Assembly (NCBI GenBank): GCA_016748015.1
Contig: JAAOMT010000523.1
Location: 378,935-442,934 of the forward strand
DNA length: 64,000 nt
Direction: 5' to 3'
From: Geosiphon pyriformis uo1
Taxonomy: Eukaryota; Fungi; Glomeromycota
Shown: positions 51,345 to 64,000 of the stretch, piece by piece
Layout of the letters: every line of letters begins with the position of its first letter
Numbering within the stretch: the stretch's first letter is position 1
The notes under the pieces: generated by a model
What the model was told of the DNA's origin: nothing
The model's input: the letters and a program-made list of their open reading frames with translations, nothing else
Databases searched by the model: none
Program-made: the position numbers and the translations under genes

Positions 51345-53900
51345 AATTAAACATATTATTAAAGTTAAAGAAATTTTGAAAAAATTAATTAAAATTAAAT
51401 TGCAATTTTAAAATAAAATTTCAGTTGCAATTAATAATATATATATAGAAATATTTATTAAAAACCAGTTAATTTAAACTAAAAAAATAAATAATATTAT
51501 TGTTAAAACTATTAATAAAAATATATATGTAATAATAAAAAATAATTTTAATAAGATTAAAAGTGGTTAATATATTAATATTAAGTATTTTAAACAATTA
51601 AATCTTAACAATAATTTATTAAATAACTTAAAAATTAAATAAAACTTAAAAACTTATTAAATTTTTGTTTATAAGTTAAAATTTGGTTAATATAATAATA
51701 AATAATTATGTTTAATAAAATAATTAATTTTAAATATAAATTATATGATAGTTTTATTGTTTATTAATTTAAATAATCTGTTTAATTTAATTTAATATAT
51801 TTTATAAAAATTTAACACAAAATGTATTAATAAAAGCAAATAAATTGTTTTTAAAAAGAGAACTTTTAATGTAATTATTAATAGTTTATAAATATTTAAT
51901 TAAGTTAAAAATATAAAAAATTTAAATTTAAGTAATATGTTTTATATAATATTACTGTTTTAATATTTTAAAAATTTAGTTTTAAAAATTTTGTCAAAAT
52001 TAACAATATATGTTTTTTTAAGTTTTGTAAATTAAAAAAATTGTTTACAAGTTCTTAAAATTAACAAGTTAAAAAACTTTAATAAAATACACAATGTTTT
52101 ATATTTTTAAAAACTTATTAATTTTGTAAACACTAGTTTTGCTTGCTAATAAAGATTTAATAACAAAGTATTATCCTAAAAATTATTAAGTCTTTAAACT
52201 AAAAAAGACAAAAATATCAAAATTTTTTAAAATTTATAATATAATTACCAGGCAAATAAATAGTTTTTTAACAAATAAAAGTTGTATTATTAAAATGTTT
52301 AAAATATTTTTTTTAGAAAGTTATATTAAATTATTTGATTAATAATAAGAAAAATAATATATTGTTTTCTAAAAAGATAAAATTAAAAGTTAATAGTATT
52401 ATAAAAAATGGAACATATAAAAACAAAAATTTAAATAAAATATTAATAATAGTGTTTTTGGTAAAATTATAAATAAAATTTCTAAAATAGTTAAAAAAAT
52501 TTTTAATAATAAAATAACTGCTCTGTTAAAAATTTTTAATAAGTTTTAGAAACATTATAATGTTTTGGTATTAACTTTACCGTTAAAACTGCAAAATAGT
52601 TGTTTATAAGTCAAAAGAGTGTTGATTCTTTGAAAAAACATAAATATCTGTAATTTTAAAGTTTTATAAATGAGAAAAAATTTTAATTATCAGAAAAATT
52701 CTGTTTAAATATTTGTTAAATCATATTTTAATAATACATAACAAGAATATGGTTTTGAAAAAAAAAATTTTATACAGATTTTAATTTTTGTAATTAGATT
52801 TATTATAAAAAATATTTTAAAAAAAAGTTATAAAATATAATGAGTTTTGTAAAATATGCAAAAAACATACAATTTTGTAAGTTAAGATTACTTATATTGT
52901 AGTTTAAAAAAGATTAAAATGCGTAAAAATTTGTTAAATTTATGGTAGTATTTACAATAATCATAAAAATAAAATAATAATAAATTTTAGCTTAACAAAT
53001 AAATACCAAATTTATAATAAATTGAATTATAATAAAATGGTTTCTTTTGTGGTAAATTTTGTATAATTTTCTTTTGTTTAAGATAAAAAAATAAAAATTT
53101 ATAGTTATAATATGAAATTGCATTAGATTATTAATGCAGATAAGATAAAAATTTAAAATTAATTTGACCTTTTATTTGGCAGTTAAAGCTTTTGTAAACA
53201 ATATTATTTGATTAAAATAACTATTTTTTAACACAAAACATTTTAAATATGATTAATAGCTTTTTTTGTAAATAATACAATAAAAAACAGTAAATATTTT
53301 TATTAATTATAAATTAAATGATAAAAAATATGTTATTGTGATTTGTATTTTCTTAAAACCATTGAATAATTTGTTATACTGTATTATTATTTATTTCTTG
53401 AATAAATCATGTGGCAGAAAATTTTTATAGGTATTTTTCTATTATCTAAAACTTTTAATTATTATAATATTAATTGGCTATTGTTGTTCTTTCAAAATCT
53501 TTTAATTATTTGATTAGGTTTTGTGTATCTTCTTAAAATAAAACAGAAAAAATTATATTTTTTTTAATCTAAGACTGTTTGTATTTCTTGAAATATAAGT
53601 AAAATATTATCGTCTTAAAGAATATTTGGTTAAATTATTATTTTAGATGTTAAAATTTGAGACGATAAGTTTAAATTACTTAAAAATAAGAACAGTCTAA
53701 TAGCTTTCTTTATTATTAGTTTCTAAAGAAGTTTTAATTAATTAATAAACAGTTATCTAATTGTAAATTTGGTAACTTAAATTTTGAACTCAAAAAGTAA
53801 CTGTTAAAGATAATTAAATATATTGTTTAATTGATGCTGTTATTTCTATTTTAAAATATTTTTAAAATAAGCTTGCTTAAAAAGTAGATAAAATAAGTAG
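51345..53900 (+). mobile_element. Ancient LINE relic B, 3' part (APE continuation and RT)
   Basis: IKHIIKVKEILKKLIKIKLQF*NKISV (cf. AKHVCKILEIPGQLLSIRLLFGNKLSV); KITALLKIFNKF*KH; L*NMQKTYNFV (52847); AFVNNII* (53188; RT DD motif turned to NN). End approximate. Confidence 0.7.
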
Positions 53901-56380
53901 AATAGATTTTAAATAAGTAATTAATATGAAACCAATTTTAAAAGTCTTGAAACTGTCAATTAGATTCGACTTTAACAGAAAACAAATGCGACAGAATAAA
54001 AAAAGATTAAGTTTGATATATTTTAAACTGTTTTAATTGTAACAATAAAATGATTTCGGATTTTTTGTGTTAAAAAGAAGTAATTATTCATTTAATAGTA
54101 GATAAATTAAGAATTTAATTATTTTACAAAGAGTACTATCTTTATGTTACAAGTTAAAGTAATTTGTTAATAAATAATAATAAAAAACAAATATTTTATA
54201 ATAAGAAACAATCAAAAAAAACTCAAATTAAAAAATCAAATTAATTTGTAAAAATTCAATATATGAAATTAATTTGATAAATATTTTGATTATTATTTTT
54301 TTAAAAAAATACCAAAAGAATCTAAAAGTAGAAAAATAGTTTATATTATTAACGAAAAATAACACAACTATTATAGCTATATGTTTTTGTTTACTTTTTT
54401 AATTTAATAATAAGTATTATTTGTATTTTTTGGTAAATATTTATTTAATATGCTTTATAAAATTTAACAATATAGAAATTAGAAAAAGGAAAAAAAAACA
54501 AAAAAGTTTATATTGTATTAATTTTTGTCCAAATAAATTAATTAAGTAAAGATTTGATTGTAAATAATTTTTATGATTTTAAAAAATTTTACTTATATAC
54601 TTTCAAAAAATTAATAATTTAATTAATAATCAGATAAATAATCAGATTAATAATTAGGTTAATAATTATATCAATAATTTATTAAAAAAAAAATGATTAA
54701 TATAAATAATATTAATAGTTAATACATGCGATTAAATATAATTAGATAAATAATATATTTAAACTTAAAAAATTTAATATTTACAGTTTTTTTATAATGA
54801 TTGTAAACTGAATTTTAGAAACAAGTATTAAATAAAAAAATATGATATATAATTAACTTAATTAAAAAAACATTTTAATATTTTAAAAAATAGTTTGGCT
54901 AATATTATAACAAAAAACTTCGAATTTTGTGTATTAATTATAATTTAATATTAAAATAAGATATTTAAAAGCTATAAATAAAATTCCTCACTCTTAAATT
55001 AATAAACAAAATAAATAAAAAAAATTTGCATTTTAGAAAATATTAAATATTTTGTTAAAAAAACTTATAAACAATTTGTTATACTTATTGAAAAATAAAT
55101 TCAAATTTTAGTATAAAATTTAAATTTTCATTTATATTTTGAGTTTATTAACAGGATTATAATAAGTTCGTATATTTATATTATGTATTTATATGTTTTA
55201 AGAATAATATTGTATATTATAAGTTTTTTTTTGTTTTTTGGAAAATACTAATATTGGTTAAGTTAAACTTATTTGTAATACTTTAAATTATATATAATAT
55301 TAATATATAATAATATAGTTTATTTGGTTTTTTGTAAAAAAAAAAATTTTTAAACTTTGGTTTTAAAAAAATTTTGTTAATTTCAAATTTTACCAAAATA
55401 TGATTATTTAACATAAAAAAATATTTAATATTAAATACCAAATTAAGAATTAAATATAAAAAAAGAGAGTTTATAATAATTAATATATTATTGTTAAATA
55501 TAATAAAAAATTTAATAATTGTTTTTAACCAAAAAAAACTTTGTATAAGTTAAGTATTGTTAAAAATTATGCAATATGTTTTGATTTTAAACAAAATTAT
55601 TTGTTTTTTCAGATATGTATTGTAATATTTTTGTTATATTAAGTATATAATATTGTTTTAATTTACCAAATAACTAGTTATATTATAAACTGTGTTTATT
55701 TTAGAACATATATCTTAATATAATATAATATAATAAATAATAAAGACTAATAAAAACTTTAAAAAAATATGTTTTAAAACAGTAGTAGTAAATTTAAAGT
55801 TTTTAAAAACTTAGAACCAGAGATTGAACAATCTTAAAAAAATGCTTTTTTTAAAAATTACAAAAAAATTAATTGCATTTATAGATAAAAAAGTTGGTAG
55901 TTGTTTTTGACCGTTTTTTTTTGGTTATTTAAAAAGTGATATTGAAAGTAACAATTGAAAACAGTAACTTCACTACTGGTTTATTTTTAAAGATCTTAGA
56001 ATTCTTCACAGTTAATAACAACGACACTAAAACTGGTGTGTTTTTTTGAAAAAACTTTAATTAAAAAAAGATTGCTTTTTATCCAAAATATTTAAAAAAA
56101 ATGTTTTTATAACACTCTGTTTAACTGTTTTTAGAAAAAGTAATGATTTTTCTTTTTACTCTTTGTTCTGCTTATGATCATAAAAATAATATTATTGTAG
56201 ATTGGACTTAGAAAAATCAAAATTTTAAATTATTCTATAAAGTTTACAAATAATGAAGATGAAATTTTATTATTTATTTTATTATTTTTTTGAAATATAA
56301 CAACAAAATTTAATTTGGGTTGTTATTTATTATATTGTATGCTACATTCTTTGAAATTTTTAGCTAAAAAAACTATTGAG

Positions 56381-56382
<2 letters not shown>

Positions 56383-56424
<42 letters not shown>
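56383..56424. repeat. (AAT)n microsatellite
   Basis: Perfect run. Confidence 0.9.
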
Positions 56425-56425
<1 letters not shown>

Positions 56426-57529
56426 GTCATTTTTCAAAATCTAACTTTTAATTTTTCACATATGAATTTTATTTTATAAACCATTTTAAGATTTTTAAAA
56501 GACCTATTGCAAGAGAAAAATTTTAAAAGGCGCATAATTTTTTCAAGTAATTAAAAAATCTTCATTATAATTGTAATGGGCGCAATCAATATGATTATTA
56601 ATCACATTTAGTAATCTTTATTTGAGATCTACTGTACGTCATTATCAACATTTATTTTAAAATACTTAGCCATACAATTACATACGTTTTTTTGACCACC
56701 AAAAAAATGGCAGAACTTTTGAATCTCAAAGAAACCAAGAAAATTCGGAAAATAGTAACTCCTCTTCACCGGCCACCTATTAACAAAATTTCGATGATTA
56801 CGAATCCAATGAAGTTTTATTATAACAGTATAAATGTTGCCATGTGATAAGTCAAAATCAGGAATATGTGGCTAAGACTCGACAGTACAAATTGGAAAAA
56901 TAATTCCCGATACTATACAATCGATTTGACTTTAACAAGAAACACATCTCCACCATTTTCACCTAATTCATATCAACAACAACAGGCTTAAATTACCAAT
57001 TCAATTGATAATGGCATTCTGTTAACAAGATGACGTCGAAGAAGTTTTGAAGCTGCTTCTCTTGCAGCCAAATTGAACAGCTACAGCCACAATAATTGAA
57101 TTAAATCCAACGTCAAACTTTGTTAACTCAAATCATAAACTAACCCATGCAATGTAAAACTATGACACTCTTTAATCAAATGAGTTGAATTATTAAATGT
57201 AAAATAATTTTCTGCAATAGACATTAGATGATGAAACCCTCTTTGTGATGCAACTTTCAATTTCTACTCTTTCATTATTCATATCTTTTATCTTTGTAAT
57301 TTTGTACTTCCAAAGATAATTTGTAAATATCAGTGAAAAGTCGAATGTTTATTTGAAAAAAATTGTTTGATATTAAAAAATAATTTGACATTCAATCTAT
57401 ATTTGAGATTTTGAACATTTAATATAATAATTAATATAATTATGATAATTTGAAGATTAAATAATATAAGAAATGAAAAAAATTTGCTTGAAAATATAAT
57501 AAAAAAATAATGAAAAATTCTAAGAAATA

Positions 57530-58428
57530 ATGAAATATATTCGTTAGCTTCTATTTCAAGTTGTTTGAAGCCATTTCTTTTATGCACTCAATCTGAAGAA
57601 GTCAAATTAATTTTTTTTTTGGATTTATTAACCAACCTCCCATATTACTCGAATAAAATTTTAAAGAACTATAAAATATATAAACTATTAGAGATTCTTA
57701 TTTCTTAAATGAATGAAACAATCAGATCTTTCTCTCAATTGAATAATTAAAAAAAATTATTTTGACCAATAAGATATTTATAAACCAGATACTTTCTAAT
57801 AAAACTGAATCATTAATTTTTATGATTTTAATTTAAGATGAAATGCTAATTGTTAAACAAAAATATAATTTTAAACCTTTTTGATATTCACATTTTAAAA
57901 AGGTTATGATTTTTTAACAAGCATTCTATATATTAGGTTCTGATAAATTACCCAAGCTAGGCTAATCCTTGCTTTTTCTTAAAAATCTCTGGTTCATTAT
58001 TCAAAATATTGCATTTGTTATAAATATTATCTTGCTATATATTTAAAATATCTTTTCATAAATTTATTAAGCATTCAAATAAAACTGGGTTAGGATTTCG
58101 TTGGAAATCTAGGAATTGGTTAAATTGACGAGTATGATTTTCCATAGCATTAAAGATGTGATTATTATTTTGTTTTAATGTTTGGGGAAGATTATTTATA
58201 ATTCCTAAACTTGAATTTGATTGAATATTATTTGAATTGGGAGGTGCTTACTTTAAATCTTGTGGATTGTATTACTGGTTTGGATAAATTCCCAATTCTG
58301 TATGAGCTGGCAGGTGGCTTTGAGGGTGGTTGAATGAAGAATTTGAGTTTAGATCATCCAAGCCGTTATAATTTAAAGATTCAAAAATAATTTTTTGTTG
58401 GTCGTCTACGAAATCGTTGTGATAATTG
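57530..58428 (-). pseudogene. Asn/Gln-rich unknown gene, copy B (multiple stops)
   Basis: Paralog of 37870-38617 with CAA>TAA and other stops. Diverges from copy A upstream of a possible AG acceptor at 58429-58430. Confidence 0.5.
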
Positions 58429-58789
58429 CTAGTGATCTAATTATTAATATTTGTGTGACTTTATAATACGTGTTTATGCACGATACTTGTTCAATAGAAG
58501 AAACTGAACACGAAAAAAATGTGAAAATTCAAATATAAGCATTGAAAATTTGCCCTTGTCTAAGAATACATAAAATAAATTGTTTAAAATAATAATTATG
58601 ACTTAATGCAGTTTTAGTTTTTTCCCAATTATTTATATAAAAAATATTATATATATATATATTTTAAATTCATTCATTTATGATCGAATCAGTTAACAAT
58701 TAATGGACTTAAAAGATAAATTTCAATGCTTTAAGACTTCACTACTATAAATACATTATATATTTTTCATTTCTCGCAAGGTTATAGCC

Positions 58790-59420
58790 AATATTTTTTA
58801 TTTCAATTCCTCGGATTTCATATGAAAAACGCTCCAGAATATATACACCCGCGAGAAGAAGGATATACGATTCACAAAATTGCTGCATCAGAGTAAGTAG
58901 CCCTTTTAAACATCTACAAAAATAAAAATAAACCGAAAGCTTCAATGAAGAATCAAAGCCTAGTCTCCTGTGCACTCTTTAGGATTGTTATGAGCGGAAT
59001 ACTGCTTCGATTAATAACATTTCGAAGATTTTTCCTAAGAGTTCATTTATCAGTAGAAAGCGTAGGGCATATACTCTGACGGCATCTGCACACAAAAAAA
59101 TGCTGATTCTCTATGAGTCATTAAAGATTGTCATATTATAAAAATTTGGTGATTAGTTCGGGGTTGAAATGACTACTGATGGAATCGTTTTTGGAGACAA
59201 TGCTAGATAAGAAGATAATCCGAACACAAATTTCTAAAAAAGCGAAAAAATGAGACTGGATTACTTGTTTGGTTCCTGACTTAAACCTAATGGAACATTT
59301 ATGAAATGAAATAGATATCTGAAATAGCATTGAAATCAATTTTTGTCAAAGGTTAATCGATACAATGCCGAAAAGAGTTAAGAATGTAGTAGAAGCAAAA
59401 GATAGAAATACAGATAGTTA
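58790..59420 (+). mobile_element. Second Tc1/mariner transposase relic (different family member)
   Basis: REEGYTIHKIAA (HTH), PDLNLMEHL*NEI, and C-terminus LIDTMPKRVKNVVEAKDRNT; many internal deletions. Confidence 0.75.
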
Positions 59421-60227
59421 GTCTTAGTTTGGTAATATGTAATGTGTCTTTTTTAGCAGCTTCTAAATAAATAATTAAGGAGAAGCATATTAATGTACTA
59501 AAACTAATTTTAGCCAGAAAAAATTGTAATTTTAAAGCTTAAAATGTGTTTTTGAAGAATTTATTATTTATTTCCTTTATAACAATCAATTATTCTCAAA
59601 ATTTTTTTTTTTAAATATAATTAGAAAGTAAATTTTATGAACTTTGAAAATTTTCATTTTTTGTGACTAGTTAAAAAATGGTAGAGAACAATAAATATTT
59701 ATAGAGAAAATTTTGTTTTACAGTTCAATAAAAAATTTTGTTTTGGAAATATTTTATAAAAATAAATTTAATTATAGAAAAAATTTTTTAAATTAATGAG
59801 ATAAATTTTTCACAAATTATTTAATAATAATTAATTTTTATCATTTTTAAAATTTACATGCAAAAGTTTTAACTGACTATATAGAAATCATTTTCTTATG
59901 TAAACCAATATTTATTATTATGCTTTACATTTCATTAGCACAAATTTTTAATATTCAACATTGTTATCCTAAAAAAAAAAAAAAAAAAAACATTTTTTAA
60001 AACTTTTCATTTCAAAACTGATATTTTTCTTAAAATAGGCTGGACTTTAAATATAAAAATCCTGAGAAAAGATTTCGCATTCGTCTTGCCATTTTACTAA
60101 TCATACTTTCTCATTTACATTGTAAATTACAATGTTTTGGTATTATTTTTAATGTAAATAGAAAAATTTATTGATAATGTGATTAAAAATGATGAATTAA
60201 GATGATAAATCAAAAAATAATACGTAC

Positions 60228-60435
60228 CATGACAAAATTTGGATCCTCCGGACGCCGATTCCAAAAAAGAAGGTTCAATTGCGATTGATGGTGGCATTGC
60301 GTCATATTCAGCCCTCTTGGTAGTTGACAGAATGATTAAGAAATGTGGTATCAGACTCGGCCATCTGAGTTTTATGGGTATGAGAAAAATGGCGCGGTTC
60401 GTGTAGTCTTGTGGCTGGTCACACTTAGACAACGC
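60228..60435 (-). pseudogene. Possible degraded DnaJ (J-domain) exon
   Basis: GC-richer island flanked by an AG acceptor (~60436) and a GTACGT donor (60227). ILSTTKRAEYD resembles J-domain helix IV, and a shifted frame gives YTNRAIFSHTHKT (cf. YRKLALKYHPDK), but there is no intact HPD. Confidence 0.3.
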
Positions 60436-63400
60436 TTAGTTAAAAAATATATAATCAATCAGTTAATTAATTGAGAAAGGTAATACATTGAATTGAAAAA
60501 TAATATTGATTAATTGAAAGAAAAACTAACTGAAAAAAAAATTTTTTTTTGTAAAATTATTAAAATTTGTTTTTATTAATTATTAAAAGAAACAAAAAAT
60601 AATTTATTATCTATACTTGAAAACAACATAGATTAACTAAAAACTTATTTATAATTCTTTTGTTTAAATTCTTATTCGGTTAAACAACAATTCACCAAAA
60701 ATTTTAAAATTCTTAATAAAAATTACATTTTTTACCAGCTACTTATTTAGTTTGATAATTTTTTACCAACTAAATACTTAATTATAAGATTTAATCTTAG
60801 ATAGCTTTTTAGTTACTTGTGAATTTATGGTCAGAGTTCTTGACAACAATATTTTGTTTTTGTTTTTAAACTATTGGGATTGTTTACAACTTTTTTAACT
60901 GTTCATAATTATCATAATTATCATAATTATCAAAATCATTTGCAATTAATTTACAATTCCTAATTTTTAAAGATTAATTTCTTCAGCCTTAGTAATTGGA
61001 AACTGTTTTTAATGTATTAATTGTGTTATTGTCGCAAAATTGCCTCAATTGATCATAGTGGCGGTTGTGGACAGTTGCGTACATCCTTCAGATAGTTAGA
61101 TCAGCAACCAATTTAAGCATGCCCACTCAATGAAACACAAGAATAAATGATTACAAAGAATTTTTTGTTTTTTCTTCTACAAAAGTTTTATTTAAAAATT
61201 TTTTAATTCTGAATTGATAAGCTTATTTTAAAAAATTCCTAATTTTTATTTAAATGAAGAAATTGTGGCCAATGTTAACAAAACATTAAAAACCAATCGA
61301 AAAAAAATAATCATAAAGTCATTGCATAATGTAAGAATATATATCCAATAAATAATTTTACATTTCATTGCGTTAAATTTTCATCATTGCTGATAATATA
61401 TATTAAGAAATTGATAGAGGTTAGAAAATTGTGAAGTATTGAGTATTAAGAGAAATAGTTTCATTACAAGCACTTGTTGTTATCCTAAATTTGATCTTCT
61501 CATTCGCAATTTTAGCAATTAAATTAGCTTTATTTTTGAATTTTTTTTCGATAATGTGACTGTGATCTATAAACATCACAAAACTTTCAATTTCTTTACT
61601 CTGTATAAAAAAATTTTTTTATTTGTTCTCTTGTTTTAATTGGTTTCTCTTTGAAAGCAAATGGAGGCAAGTTTCTTCTAAAAAGAAGATAAAATCTTTT
61701 GTTGAATGAAATCTAAAGGAGAAATAAGCCAAATTTCCAGATTTTCAGATTTTATGTAATCTGATGGGGTTTTGGGGAAGAAAATGACAATTATTATTGG
61801 ATATATTGGTAAAGAAAAGTCCAACAGAAATATTTTGGGCTTATTTTTAATAAGTATTTTTAAAGTAAATGGTAATTAAAAAGGTATTTTCCATTATTAT
61901 AGAATCAGACATTAGGACGTAAAGGGGTTAATGGCGTGTTTCCCTAATCAATTAAAGAATAGGCGTTGGAAATATAGGAGAGTATTCTTAAGTTTTAAAC
62001 TAAAAGAACTTATAGTAAAGCTGTTTTTATCCTTATTTTTCCCCGTTATTGCTAATACTGTTATTTCCTACAATATAGGAGATGGCATTTAAAATAGGTT
62101 TCCAATTTTAGTAAATTATATTGTGTTTAATTTTTTTTTTTAAAAAATAAAGTTTTAAGGATATTTAACTCTTTGTGCGACTGAAAGCGTATCTAAAAAC
62201 CGTTGAACAATTTTACTTTAGAAAAATAAATTTTGCATTGAAAACCTATTTGCCCAATTTAGATACTTATAATTCATCAATTCCGAATATTCTTTGTTGG
62301 TTTCATTCAATATTTTCCTTTTTGATGAATTTTGTTCCGTCAACGAATCATATGAATTAGTAGGATAAAAAATTTTATTTTATATCGATTCAAATATATC
62401 ACCTTAATAATAATAATTCTTTTAATCACAACCCATTTTTTTTCTATGGGATTTAAAAAAATTTTTTTTTTGTTTGACTAGTTGCGCATCTTAACTAATT
62501 TAGGTATTTTATTAAATATTTAAAACTATTCAGTTGGCAATTGATCTCGCTAGCCCATTTTTAGGGTTCAAGAGAGAAAAGTGTTAATTTTTTTTTCACA
62601 ATCATTTACCGAATCATATTGTTAGGAGAAATTGATCCTCAGCAAATTATGTGACTAATTTTTCCAACTCGTCAAGATATTTCACAATGTGAGATAAAAT
62701 CACCTTTGTCATCATAAAATGATTATATATTTAAAAAAAAAATGCTTTCATTCATAAGCTTCCAAAAAAGCGAGGAAATTTTAATCCTAAAAAGTTACAA
62801 TGAATTCTCAATGGGTTTTGGCTGTTCATTCAAAAACTTCTAAATTTAGGTTTTCCAAGGTTTCAAGGTTTTTCTGTTATTGTCCACAAATAACACTCGT
62901 GTTCCTTTTTTCATGGTAACAGGTTTGGTTCATTGGAATATGAATGCAATATTGTGTTGATATGAGGAAGATTGCATTTCGGAATGGAGCATATCTTGAA
63001 AATCCCTGTTCTAATTATTAAAAATTGGTTCTTGACCTAATTAGAAATAATCAAAAGATAACATCAAAAATATTGTACATTCATTTTCACAAAAAAAGAT
63101 TTTATATAGTTATATCTATGGTTTTAAAATAATTCTTTCCGAATATTAAATGTCTTGGCCCCTTTTTTATAGTAGGACATATTGAATCGATTTTTTATTG
63201 TATAGAGACCATATAAAATGACGGCTTTCAATTAATTCAATAAAACCTTGGCTAATTTTCTCCTTTTTTGTAATTAATATTAAAACTATAAAAATGGGTA
63301 CAATTTTAATTTGTTTGTTTTTTACTGGACCTAAAGGCAGGGGAATATGTATGTGTTCAAAGATCATCATTAGCATTAGCAAAAATTAAATTTGCCCCTT

Positions 63401-63810
63401 CATTTGAACTACAAATATATTAAAGAAAAAGTATTTCCAAAGTCAAAATTCTTAGGGACTAAGAGTTCAGTTTTTCAAATTTAGATCTATCAAGATCCTT
63501 AGCTCAAATAAAATCAATTTTTCCAAAATTCAAATTAATGGCTTTTAAATAAAAAAGCTATTTTTTTCTCATTTCTATCAATCAATCAATCAATCAGAAT
63601 TCGTTGAAAATTTATTTCTAATTAATACTTCACATAAAAATACCTGCTGTTGATATTAACGAATCTTAAATATGACATTTATAAATAATTATGTTAATTG
63701 ATAAAAATGGCAAATCTTTGATCAGAAAATATATGGATGATCGACATTTATAAAAATACTTGAAACCGTTTTTCATCAATTTGATGTTCTTTACTACGTT
63801 GCAGAAAAAA

Positions 63811-64000
63811 ATGGCTGAAAACCTAGCCAAATCACAGAGGCCAAGAGTAAGATGTATTGAATTCTTTAGTGGAATTGGTGGCCTGGTTTGTTTTATTTGA
63901 AATCTTTTTTTTTTTTACTTATTTATTAGAGTTCTTTTCACTCTCTCTATCGTATTAAATAAAAATAAAAATAAAATTTTTGATTAGCATTATGGTCTTA
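63811..64000 (+). CDS. DNMT2: Second DNMT2 copy (exon 1 63811-63885, intron 63886-63987, exon 2 from 63988; truncated by window end)
   Basis: Exon 1 is identical to 43127-43201 (MAENLAKSQRPRVRCIEFFSGIGGL); intron 1 differs only in its A/T-run region. Confidence 0.85.

Larger units (their letters stand above)
57350..64000 (+). repeat. Segmental duplication unit B, with an unrelated interval at ~58430-62400
   Basis: See unit A. The segment 63570-64000 is nearly identical to 42890-43314. Confidence 0.88.

Overview
AT-rich eukaryotic (fungal) genomic DNA with GT-AG introns. The gene content (Sel1-like repeats, ubiquitin-ART fusion, MetR/Cys-3 bZIP, verprolin) and the very low GC suggest a Glomeromycotina/Mucoromycota-type fungus; this is inference, not a database result. 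Small CpG-containing gene islands alternate with long transposon graveyards. Intact-looking genes: a 4-repeat Myb protein, a MetR/Cys-3/Zip1-type bZIP factor, a wax-synthase-type MBOAT, a 5-exon verprolin/WIP, a ubiquitin-like + NEURL4-type ADP-ribosyltransferase fusion, and a 7-exon DNMT2. A second near-identical DNMT2 copy starts 20.7 kb downstream and runs off the window end. One LINE family (ORF1 + APE-RT-RNase H-Zn finger ORF2) occurs six times at different stages of decay: two full-length copies, one 5'-truncated copy with a 12-bp TSD, a 121-bp stand-alone 3' end with an 8-bp TSD, and two nearly unrecognisable relics that host the younger copies. Also present: two Tc1/mariner relics, a Sel1-repeat pseudogene, a probable Ty3/gypsy relic and a tandem-HIT relic. 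The most notable signals are (1) pervasive C>T/G>A hypermutation of repeats, including at non-CpG sites, next to unmutated genes (RIP-like); (2) DNMT2 duplication; (3) a conserved structured LINE 3' domain that also retroposed on its own; (4) same-orientation LINE-in-LINE nesting; (5) the ubiquitin-ART fusion; and (6) an inverted-repeat-bounded segment upstream of DNMT2 carrying a Tc1+Sel1 insert.
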